A stretch of 34,336 nt of DNA from Tubiluchus corallicola. Taxonomy: Eukaryota; Animalia; Priapulida. Shown here one piece after another: positions 18,001 to 28,600 of this stretch (position 1 is the stretch's first letter; each line of letters starts with the position of its first letter). Below the pieces are notes generated by a model that did no database searches, was not told the origin of the DNA, and saw nothing but the letters and a program-made list of their open reading frames with translations. The translations under genes and the position numbers were made by a program. The stretch lies in NCBI GenBank assembly GCA_030141605.1, contig JAQGDQ010001570.1, positions 1 to 34,336 on the forward strand, given 5' to 3'.

Positions 18001-21000
18001 TCGAAGTCGATCCCTAGCGATTAGTCAAGGTATTAGCTACAACAGGGGTGTGCAAATTATCTGACTAGCCGGGCCACATTAAACTTTCCCACAATTCCTG
18101 CGGGCCACAGGCAGTTTGATCAAGAAGCCAAGTACAGTAGGGCCTAATAACGATTTTTTTGCATTCGACCTGCGTACATCATTACTACTACACTCAAGAA
18201 ACTATTTTAGAAGTTATTAAAATTTATATTACAAACCATATATTTCTGCTTTCAGGACAGATAGTGGTAATTTCATTACAATGCATATTTGTAATGTGTA
18301 TCACATAGTCTGTGTAGTACAGTGACATTAAGCTACAACCGTCTTGTAAGGGTTAATGGTATCCGATCAAGTAGAAAAAACTAGCCCCACTATCTTTGGG
18401 ATCGTGGCACGGACTTCAGCTGGATACACTCAATTAATCGCCCGGGCTGCACTTTCATTAGGTTAACAAATCTCTTCGCGGGCCGCACAAATTCTCCCGG
18501 CAGGCCGCAAGTGGCCCGCGGGCCGCAATTTGCACACTCCTGAGCTACGATAAAAAAATTTGGACGTGAATTCACATTCAGGGAGATAAAACTATCAGCA
18601 AATATCATTAATTTTTTAGTAATAGGGAGTGTTAATGTTTTTCTTGAATTGGGTGTTGTTGTAGTTTTCAGGGAAACAGCACTGTGGTACAGAATTCCAC
18701 AGAGAAGATGCCCAATGGGAAAAACTAGATTTTATAAGTAGTATTCTGACTGGTCAGCAGCACATGTTAGACCAGGACAATACTTAAAGCACAAAAAACC
18801 CCTTTGCTTACATAAAACTAAAAAATTTGTCTTGAGATTTTGTATCACAAACACACACGCACGCAGACACACACACACACATGCGCGCGTGCGCACACAC
18901 ACACATACACTCTCTGCCTTACTGCACACAGACCTTGTATTGGTAGCTACGTTGTGTAAAACTGCCGATGATGGTTAAACTCAGCCATTTTGATTTTAGG
19001 TCGTTTGAAGCAACTATAGATAAGGCCTACAATAAAAATACTTCTGTTTCCATCTAATCACCTCTCATCAAGTGTTGCCATTTTGTATGATGCATTTTTC
19101 CAGCATTAACGGCCAAGTTGTGTTGCCGCACATACCATAATTATCAGAACAAACGTGCGTTCGTGACACAAAAAGCTGGCTATACAATGATCGATAATTA
19201 TACGATAATTTAGTAATGCGAAAATAAAAAACAAGCGTGAAAAAATGTGCATTGAAAAAATTTAAAACCTTACTGTTAGCCAGTGGGAAATAAACAAACT
19301 TTGATTTCAATTGATTTTAAATATTCAACGATTCAGCTTTAAACATTCACAAAGCTTTAAACTTTTTTTTAAATTTCCTCGCTACTCACTACTCGAAACA
19401 ATTTGTTTTGTGGCTGACCTAACAATGAGTAAAGTTTGAAAAAATAATCAGAGGATTCGTAACACACACGTCGCTAACTTCAAGTGTGCTTACATGTTAT
19501 GATCATAGTACAAAATCACTGTACAGTCGACCTTCGTTAAACCGGACCCCGTTAGCCCGGATATCGGATAAGACGGACGTCATTCGTGGCAAAGGGAACT
19601 GACCGATTTCCGTCCGAGCGCTAAACACAACACGGCCTACCAACTGTACAATAATTTCTTTATCCTCACAGGTTAACTATTTTAAAGTAATACACAGTAT
19701 AGTATATAGTGCAATGTATATAGGCCTTATTAAGTTGATTATTCCTGTATAATATAGACCATATACAGGTATATCGGATAAATCGGACAATCGGCTAAAC
19801 CGGACCACCAACCCCCCCCCCCCCAATTAGTCCGGTTTAACGAGGGTTGACTGTAGTTGTTATAGGACAAGCTTTATATTCAAACATACTTCGTTTTCAC
19901 GTAGAACCAAAAGATTCAGTTTATCTAGAAGAAGTTTCTCGCTGTCACTGAAAAGAGGATCAAACACATAACATGGCACCTCCAACGTATCCCGGAGGAG
20001 AAGCAGAAAAGCCAACTGAAATCGTGCTATCAGACACGAAGAAAATCTCCCAAGACCATAACAGATCAGTTCCTGCACAGTATTCTGACACAAACGTCTT
20101 TCTGCAGTCCGACATTCACTGCATGTTGAAGAGACGTCACTGCTTATTTCACAGCACTGGTTATCAGTTATGTCAGTAGGCTGGCTTGAAGCTTTGGAAT
20201 GGAATTCGGAAGATTTGGACAGCTGTTTTCCCTTTCGGAAAGGCGGCTCTGACAAAACTTCAAGTAAGTTTTCTGCAAAGTGAGTAAAAAATGCACTTGA
20301 TTGCACTTCGTTTCTGAAAAATAAAATTTAAACTTGAAAAATCAACTCAACATCCTGCCTACTAATGTTGCAAAAATGAAATTTTAATTATGTTAGTGAC
20401 AAACAACAAAATGGAATCAAAAATAAGAGCAAAAAAACAATTTCAAAGTTTTAAGCATTATTCTTTAAATTTTCAAGTTTCTCAACATTTTAGAAGTAGG
20501 CAAACAACTGAGTGGTCAAGGCGTGTGTTTGGCCAAGTAGTTAGGTAACATCGGTCTTCGTTAACAACTTTTGAGAAATTTCAACGACCATATTGTCTCT
20601 CTCTCTCCCTCTAGATAGCTTTTACACTATTGAGGTGGGCAGCATGACACATCTGCCACTTCAATGTCCCATCTTACAGGAAAGGCTAGGCTTTTAGGAA
20701 GTTAGGCTTATTTCAATGTTGGCAGAAAATTTTGTTAGAAGGATTTAGTAATAAAAGCGTGACAAGCGTCGTGTGTAATTACTGAAATCACTTTGCAGTT
20801 GCGATTATTTCACACTTGGATGGTTTGAATGCTCATTCTTCCACCGATGACGTCATCTGTCGGCTGAAGAAAAGCAGGACATTGTCAATTTCTGTCAAAA
20901 GTGTAATAAGTTTTTACAAAAAATGTGCAGCAGGCTAATTTTCTGATATTTTTGCATGAACATTGGATGAGCAGATGAATACATAGATCGTACAACGTCA

Positions 21001-22138
21001 ATCAAAAAGTGGGGATGACCAATGAGGCGCTTTTACTCAGCGCTTACTGTTCTTCGATTGTTGGAGGGTTTACTCACATGCCCAGCCACATTTGCACCTA
21101 AATCCTATATGAAATATACAGCTAAAGTGTGTGTTCATGATTACTTTTGCCTTTTTCTTGACATGAAGGACCTTGTGCAGCTAAAATTCGTTAATAGTAG
21201 TGAAGAATGATGAAGCATTGTGGTTGGTGCATGAGTAATGTGGATGTTCACTATCCAAAAAGATTTGAAGGACGAGTTCGACTTATAAGTTTCCCCAACC
21301 CAAAAAAGACTTGCACAAGCGTCTAAGCAGCAAGTACTTATGGAAAGCCACAATGCGCTTACAAAAAGTCCACCCGTTATGTCATAAGTTTCAACTGCAT
21401 GTTAAATCCCAACTTCAAGCTTGTAAAAATGTTAAAAGATGGGTCATATTTTTTAAATGTACAGTTTCGGAAACGTTATTGACATTCATGTTAAACATCA
21501 ATGAAATCTCATTATTCTAAACCTTAGAGCATTTTTGGCCTTGAAAAAACCTACAACTTGCAAAACTGAACGAAAAACACTTTTGAAATGTAGCGTAGTG
21601 TCATCTTTTGTGTATTTTAATAAATCTAATGTTATCTGATTGTTATTATCTAAAGCAGTTTTTACCAGACGTCCAGAATGCGTCATGCCACATTGAGTAA
21701 AAATCATTTTAACTTATTTTTAAAGCATCCATTTATCAAATCTGTGTTATCGTATCACTTTTTCTGCAGCTGATACAGAGTAATGCATAAAGCATTTCTC
21801 GTGTCTCGTAAAAGGCGCTTAATACTGATCACAAATTTATGAAGACTCAGTGTTGTTACCTTTTAAAATAACTAGTCGATAATTTACATGTCTTGCCAAA
21901 TATATAAATCTGTCTTAGCAGCTGTGAAATTGAAAAGTGACTGCAGTACAATGTAAACATACCGTAATTGCTCGACTTTATCAAGCAAGTTTCTCTGCTC
22001 CAAATCATCTAAGTCTACACTTGACGTATCACCTTTCTGAATGCAGTTCACACTTGAATATTTGCTTCTCCCTTTGGAAAACAAACCTTTCCTTTTACGA
22101 GTGACCAAGCAAAATTCACCTTCAGCCATTAAAGTCAT
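14872..22138 (-). CDS. SRRD: SRR1-like protein; join(complement 22138-21963, 20313-19890, 17492-17292, 15066-14872), 331 aa (328 aa from the ATG at 22129)
   Basis: SRR1 motifs [75 protein letters not shown]. Three GT-AG introns (GTATGT donors) in consistent phase; total 996 nt. Confidence 0.92.
15365..15897. mobile_element. Tigger/pogo-like MITE in SRRD intron 3
   Basis: 12-bp perfect TIR CAGTGGACTCTC, TA TSDs, repeated GATTCTTATA subterminal motifs, internal imperfect duplication (~15431 vs ~15592). Confidence 0.85.
16488..16805. mobile_element. Degenerate palindromic MITE (possibly PIF/Harbinger-like)
   Basis: TCAGACTAG..GAGTTTTCTC..AAACTTGCCA mirrored by TGGCAAGTTT..GAGAAAACTC.CTAGCCTGA; ends approximate. 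Confidence 0.5.
17292..17492 (-). CDS. SRRD: SRRD coding exon 3
   Basis: ttttcAG acceptor, GTATGT donor, 201 nt, FYMPHC...NNVLWANW. Confidence 0.92.
17680..18016 (-). mobile_element. hAT MITE, TTCGA-rich family (inverted, truncated, CpG-decayed copy)
   Basis: Starts TAGGGGCGAGCATTCTCTA, matching the reverse complement of the right end of 31123-31523; body alignable by eye. Confidence 0.75.
18043..18542 (-). mobile_element. hAT (Charlie-like) MITE, copy B
   Basis: Reverse complement of 14026-14526; TSD AGCTACAA/AGCTACGA (7/8). Confidence 0.92.
18620..18790 (-). mobile_element. Short decayed LINE 3' remnant
   Basis: Minus-strand KSSFSHWASSLWNSVP resembles the SF..R...LWNSLP C-terminal motif of L2/CR1/Jockey ORF2. 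Confidence 0.4.
18851..18910. repeat. (CA)n/(CG)n compound microsatellite
   Basis: acacacacgcacgcagacacac...gcgcgcgtgcgcacacac. Confidence 0.9.
19524..19853 (+). mobile_element. Tigger/pogo-like MITE, copy 1 (SRRD intron 2)
   Basis: TIR CAGTCGACCTTCGTTAAACCGGAC / rc CAGTCAACCCTCGTTAAACCGGAC, TA TSDs; closely similar to 26234-26568. Confidence 0.92.
19890..20313 (-). CDS. SRRD: SRRD coding exon 2
   Basis: ttttcAG acceptor, GTATGT donor; contains CYGLG motif. Confidence 0.9.
21963..22138 (-). CDS. SRRD: SRRD first coding exon
   Basis: M..EF.LV.RKRK N-terminus, GTATGT donor; an acceptor-like ttttttctAG just upstream (exon start 22164) implies a further 5'-UTR exon. Confidence 0.8.
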
Positions 22139-23502
22139 CTGTCAACTCAGTATAAAAACTTGTCCTAGAAAAACACGTTAAACACAGTAAGTCAGCAGGC
22201 TAACCGCAGTTTCTGTTTTTTTAAATTGGGTTTAAAAACAGTTACAGCTGTAACTGTAGATTCCTCCAGGACAAAAACAAAACTTCTCGACATCAGAGCC
22301 TTTTTGAAGCTCTTATTCCTCATTAAGTTTGATTTTGTGCTGAAAACTATTTGTAGATTTCTGTTGTGTGCTACAGGCAGTCTAAAAGCAGCCTTTGCTT
22401 AGGTTGCAACATCAAAACAAATGCTAGTGTCATGATCACTGGTTGAAAACCCATGCCAAGGAGAGCAATTTGTAATGCATTCAAGACAATTAGTTAAGAC
22501 TAATTCTAGACAATTGTTTTTGGGAGTAGGAAAATGTTTAAATTAACTGAGAAAGCAGGTTATCATGCAAAGAATCAATAAACATACACACAAGATCATT
22601 ACGAGGAACAGGATCAGGCCATGCTAATTTTATGTCGGCACAAATGATAACATCCTTTTAAGACTAGAAAGAAATAGCATGTTTAATTTCTTCAAGTATA
22701 TTGATTTCAGAATAACCATATGTATGTATATAATTATTATTGCAAGATCTATATATGCAGGCAATACTAAGACTATCTCGTGAAGAAATCTTTTAAAAGT
22801 TCTACAGCAACAGTTTCAGCAGTGACTGACACAGGAATTATTACAGGAAATAAACATGATTTGACAATAATAGCCAAGCAAATAATTAACATAAGGAAAA
22901 ACAGAATATCTATCACATCTAAAAATTAAGTAACGTTAAGGACAAACTACACCGTCATCTATATCTTAGTTGCGGCACTAAATGTAAAGTATTTGCGGCA
23001 AACTAGTAGGTCAAAACATGTTGTAAGCCATTTGACAATAAGGTAAATCAACCTCTAAGCGAGCAGTAAAATAAACACACAAACAAACGAACAAAAAGCT
23101 AAGTTATAAGTAGCACAAGAGGAGACCGTCGCAAGTGAACAAGCGTGGATGTTCACTCTCGCAGATTCCTCCTCTTGTTTTCTAGACTAGTATGGCGGAA
23201 TAAAAGGTTCGGTGAGTTCTTATTGCTTTTAGTTTGAAAATTTTTGTATTTTAAAAGCATAGGTTTTAAATTAATTTATAACCAATATCACTTCGAATAG
23301 AAAGCAAACGTGGGAAGCCTAGAAAAATACAGGAAGGAAGACAATATCATATGCGTAGGAAATCAAGGAACTGTACTAGGCCAATTTGAAAATTGTAGTG
23401 TAGACTTTTGGAAGAAAGAAAAGAATGAGATTTAATGTAGAAAAAACTAATTATATGAGAACCTAAATGACAAAGATAAAATGGTATTGCCTCATTTAAA
23501 GA

Positions 23503-24360
23503 TTGGCTTGGGTAACGGAGACGAATGAAGTAAAGCAATACAAATATCTTGGAAACTGGATAAACTGTCAAAATACCTATGAAACTTCAATTGCAGATAG
23601 ACAAAAGAAAAGTAAATTTGTAACATCATATATAAACAATCTAGCTCAAGAAAGAAATGTGGGCAAATATTCTGGAGAAATAAAACTAAAATTATATGAA
23701 ACATTTGCTTTGCCAACAATTCTTAGTCCCTATGAAACATGGGCAAATATGACTGTAGATGATGTAAAGAAGCTTGAACAAATCCAAGATAAAACACTAA
23801 GAAGTATGTTTAATTTAATAAGCACAACCCCCTATTGGGGAATAATAATGGCAATTGGATTATGGCCAATGTAGCAAAAAATAGATTATATGAAAATGAT
23901 GTTTTATCAAAATCTTATTATTCCTGATGAGAAACGATTAGCACATAAAATAATGCAACACCAATTAAGAAATGACAGGAAACGGTCAGGGGTTAATGAT
24001 TTGCGACTGATAGCTATATCAATAGTTATATATCTATATATAGATGTATCAATAGAAAACGTAATAGATCAGAAAAAATCAGAATGGAAGAAAAGTGTTG
24101 AACTAGTGTTATGAGATACATAAACTGAAAGTGTCAGCTTAAAGTACTAGATAGTACAAAACTAAGATTTTTGCACAATACAGAATGGAAATGTAAAATT
24201 CATATTCAGCAGAGTAGCCAGAAAGTAATAACATATCTACTGCACATAAGATTAAACATGATAAAAGTCAGATGTAATTACAGGAATAAGTACAAGGATA
24301 ATATATTACACCCAATGTGCAAATGAGAAGATCACACAACTGAGCACTTACTTGAATGCG
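23503..24360 (+). mobile_element. Decayed non-LTR retrotransposon ORF2 C-terminal fragment (RTE-X/L2-like), with stops
   Basis: VKQYKYLG (RT end), KLKLYETFALPTIL...ETW, KKLEQIQ..LR, then RLNMIKVRCNY..PMCK*EDHTTEHLLEC (degenerate CCHC knuckle). Confidence 0.8.
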
Positions 24361-24855
24361 AGGAATATCCGATGAGACTAAAGTGTCTGTAGATGATATA
24401 TACAGCAACGATATAAATAAACTCCAAAGGGTGGCGAAATATGTTGAAATAAGTATGATGAAGCGCAAACAAATTGGTGAAGAGATGAACTAAAAAAGTT
24501 GTCAATACATAAGAAACGTAAAAGTACGATCGCAAAGTAAAGTGAAATTTGATCTTGCACACTACGAAGAGTTTGCTCATCTATTGTTGAAGTGGATCTA
24601 CTGGAATCACAGGAATTTGACGACACTTTCAAGAGGTGAAAAGATTCAATGTCTAGGAAAACGTAAATAATGAAAGGCTGTTTATCATTTATTCGTGTGC
24701 TTTTAAGAAAAGCAATACTTCGGATACTGTGAATGGAAAACATATTTTATGTAAACCAAGTCGATTCAATAATGCTGTATTGTTTGTGCGTTTAAACCAG
24801 ATCCGTAACTCGGTGTAATTTTCACTCATCGTTCGGTGTAAGCATAAAGCTTAAT

Positions 24856-25260
24856 GGCACGTTCACACTTCGCACAACTTCTCTCTGAGAGTAAAGCTGC
24901 AACGTGTGAACGGCTTGGCAGCTTCTCTCGCAACTTGTTTCAACATGTGAACGGCTTGGCATCTTTTCTCAGAGTGTGAGAGAAGTCTCTATATCTGAAT
25001 GTGCCATAAGTCGTGTAACTTTACTTATCCCATCATGTCTGACATTTCGATCGTTCTTGTAGCGTACTGTCCTCAAGTGCAAGTCGGACATACAGTGAAG
25101 AAACTTCAAACATACGGCGAAAACATAAACAACTTGAAAATCCTTCCGCGCTTCTTTACTAATGATTCCAGCTTGTTGAAAACCTTGACCCCTGGGCATG
25201 CTTAAAATCGGCTGTTTCACTTTAATGCATCTTAAACAATCTTCGTGAACCTCTTACGGT
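24856..25260. mobile_element. Possible PIF/Harbinger remnant
   Basis: GGCACGTTCACAC terminus-like sequence, 16-bp direct repeat TGTGAACGGCTTGGCA (24905, 24946), weak Harbinger-transposase-like - strand translation (VKQPILSMPRGQG..); partner TIR not found. Confidence 0.35.
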
Positions 25261-25619
25261 AAAAACGCCCAGTAAGTCTGGGCAAGCAAGATACTGAAAA
25301 TTTGCATCAAGAGTAAAACAGCCTACAGAGGATTTATCAGGTAAAGACGAAGAAGCAGTGTGAGTAGAGTCAACCATATGCTGTCATTTTTTGCAAATTT
25401 TTCTAATTCTTGAACTTGTTTTAGTTTTTCAGGTCTACGCGAAAGTGTTTAAATTTGTAAAACGTCACTGTCATTTGATGAGTCACACAAACACTGCTCA
25501 ATAATTCTTCTACTGTTGTAAGTGTTGAGAAGAGGTTACAAACTTGCCTTTTTGTCACACGAGGTCGTAACAGGTGCAGAGATTGTTTGCCCATGTAAGT
25601 CGATTCTGTAAGGAAGAGG

Positions 25620-25672
25620 ATGAATGCTCCACCAAGTTTTGAATCTTTCCTTCTTTTTGAGGGTGAGAAAAA
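25620..25672 (+). CDS. POLR2J: RPB11 coding exon 1
   Basis: ATG...AA|GTAAGT. Confidence 0.95.
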
Positions 25673-28600
25673 GTAAGTCGAATAAAATTTCAGCTTCATT
25701 ATTAGAGGTGTATCAACTTTATTTGACATTTGTTTCTTTCTTTAATTTCCCTACCTACTGTAGTGTTCATATCAGTGAATTGAATATATATATGTATACA
25801 TAATAATATAATATATATATATAAAATATATAATAATTTTACTGAATATAATCAGTAAAATTCTCAGATTTTAAAATTTTTAGGTTTTGTATTCACGTGA
25901 GGCACCACAATTGTTTGTGTACTGATTTTTGGTTTGGCAAAAAGCCAAATACGTATGTGATGATAATAATGGTTAAATAATTAAATTAAACATCTATATG
26001 GTTTATTGTACAACCATATTGTTCTTTTGTTTTTACTGACAGATGTCGTGATGAATAAAGACCCAAATTAATCACAATTTGCTCTTTCACTGAAAAATTG
26101 TCGCCAAAAGTGGTGATAAGTATGTTGTGAAAAACTATGTAAAGTTATTTTACTTTTTAAACTTTTCACCTGTAGCGAAATGTGCCAGTATAGAAATTTA
26201 AAATGAACAATTTTCTCTATTTTGGATTAAATACAGTCGACCCTCGTTAAACCGGGCCCCGTTAGCCCGGATATCGGATAAGACGGACGTCATCCGTGGT
26301 AAAGGAAACTGACCGATTTCCGTCCGAGCCTGAGCGCTAAACACAACACGGCCTACCAACTGTACAATAATTTCTTTATCCTCACTGGTTAACTATTTTA
26401 AAGTAACATACAGTATAGTATATAGTGCAATGTATATAGGCCTTATTAAGGTGATTATTCCTGTATAATATAGACCATATATAGGCATATTGGATAAATC
26501 GGACAATCGGCTAAACCGGACCACCACCTCCCCACCCCCACTTAGTCCGGTTTAACGAGGGTTGACTGTACAAGGTTTTTCCGTAAATTTGTATTTATGC
26601 AATATTTATAAGATTTTTTTACGATATTATCTCATCTTCTCTGCTGAAATTTTTTGTTCTGTTTTTCAAGGATTTTTCGCTGAACGTTTCAATCAAACTA
26701 CAGATCTGGATATAATTTCATGTATATGTGCATATATTAACATCACAGGCAAAAAACAGTTTCTTTTGTACCTTTCCAGATTTCAGTGACCTGAATATTG
26801 AGATTTGAAATTTCGCGCAAACACTACAATTTATTCGTTTAAATTTAACTATTAATTTACTAAGCTTGTTGTTTATATCATGGCTTCTCATACTGCCACC
26901 TGGTCCTTGATTTTGTAACACAGAAAACGAAATAAAAACTTTTAATATTAATATTGTCTTGGTTGGTTAGGAAGTTTAATGTATATTTACATAAGTATAG
27001 TATATATACATATTTACATGTATTTTTATAGGATTACGGTGGTGAAAGACACAAAAGTACCAAATGCAGCTGTGTTTACTGTGATGAAAGAGGACCACAC
27101 ACTTGGAAACCTCATTACAATGTTTGTATAACTTATTATTCATTTATTGTATAGTTGTTTCTCACGCTTAATCTTAGATTTAGTCATATACATTGATTGT
27201 TTATACAATTTGGAACACTGGAAGCTGGAACCTAGCATCCTCCGGCATGACAAATGGTAACTTAATTTAATTTAATTTATTAACACTCAATTAAAATTTA
27301 CAGATAGTGTACAAACATATAACAATACAATACCATACATTACAACACAATAAAATATTACATTAAGAATAAATAAAATTTTTGAGTGTTGGAGAGACAC
27401 AAAGAGAAAAACTGCTTACATGAGCCTTTGATATTTGAGATAGTTATCAAGAACACAGTCTTTTGTGAAATAATTTAAAATTTGCTGCTGTCACAAGCAG
27501 AGAACCATTCACTGAATTTGAAAGTGAATGTCATATGTGAACAATCTGGTTAGAAAAAACTATCCAAACTGCTTTTTATTTGTTCTTTGTACAATTAGTT
27601 TTAACAAATTATTACTCAGTGTACGATCAGATGAGGCGCGAGTAAAAATCAGCACTCAAATGTACTTCTTTATGAATGATTTTATAACACATAGGTCATT
27701 TTGAATTCGTCTTCTAATAGATGTAATCCGGATGTTTGTGGCAAGACCATAAAGCTAGCCCTCTCAAAATGATCCATTGAACCAGCAGAGGTGTTTTGAA
27801 CTATGTTAGCCAATGTCTGTTGTATATTTTATCCTCATTCAGCAAAGTAAATAACCAGTATTAGAAGATGTCTTATGACGAATGAAACCGCCCAGAGTGA
27901 GTATTGAACTCGGGCAGTCTGAAATTGTTCGGTGATCGGTTTCGGCATTACAGAGTGGTAGAAAAAGCTGCACGTGTTACAGTAACTAGATTTTGTAGTT
28001 GCAGAGGGACAGAACGGGTGTAACGTGAGGTGTGTGAGTTCCCAGCCCTTTATAAATTAACTATTATAAGGCCAAAAAATTGTCGCTGTACGTCTGAGTG
28101 GAGTTTGGTTCAAAACATTTCAAGAAATGTTATTGTTCAAACAGAATCTTTGTTCTTTTGACATTCATTATTCGTCTTACAGGCAATTGCATAAAGATCC
28201 GCATGTTTTGTTTGCCGGATATAAAGTGCCTCATCCGCTGGAACACAAGTTTGTCTTGCGAGTTCAGACGACGCCGGATTACACGCCGCAGGAGGCATTC
28301 ACCAATGCCATTACGGATCTTGTCAGTGAAATATCTCTTCTGGAGGAGCGATTTAAGGTAGAAATGTTTTGGCTAATGGCTTCTTTTAAATGGAGTTTTT
28401 TCAAAATAATGTGAAATGCTTGAGGAGCTTTAGTGGTTCCCAGGGATAAGAATGGAGCAGGATTGGCTGCACATGTTACTAAGAAAGAGGTCCACGGGGG
28501 AATACAGGCATTTCTGTATTATAAGGAGTCGTGATTACAAGTTATTAGCATCGATGGTTCAATTGCATTAAAACCCTTTCCGATCCAGTTTATTTTCAAC

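Noticed and set aside
28358-28414. Open read-through of RPB11 exon 3 into the intron (alternative C-terminus)
   Set aside because: Only 18 extra codons, unremarkable by chance; the canonical exon 4 is present.
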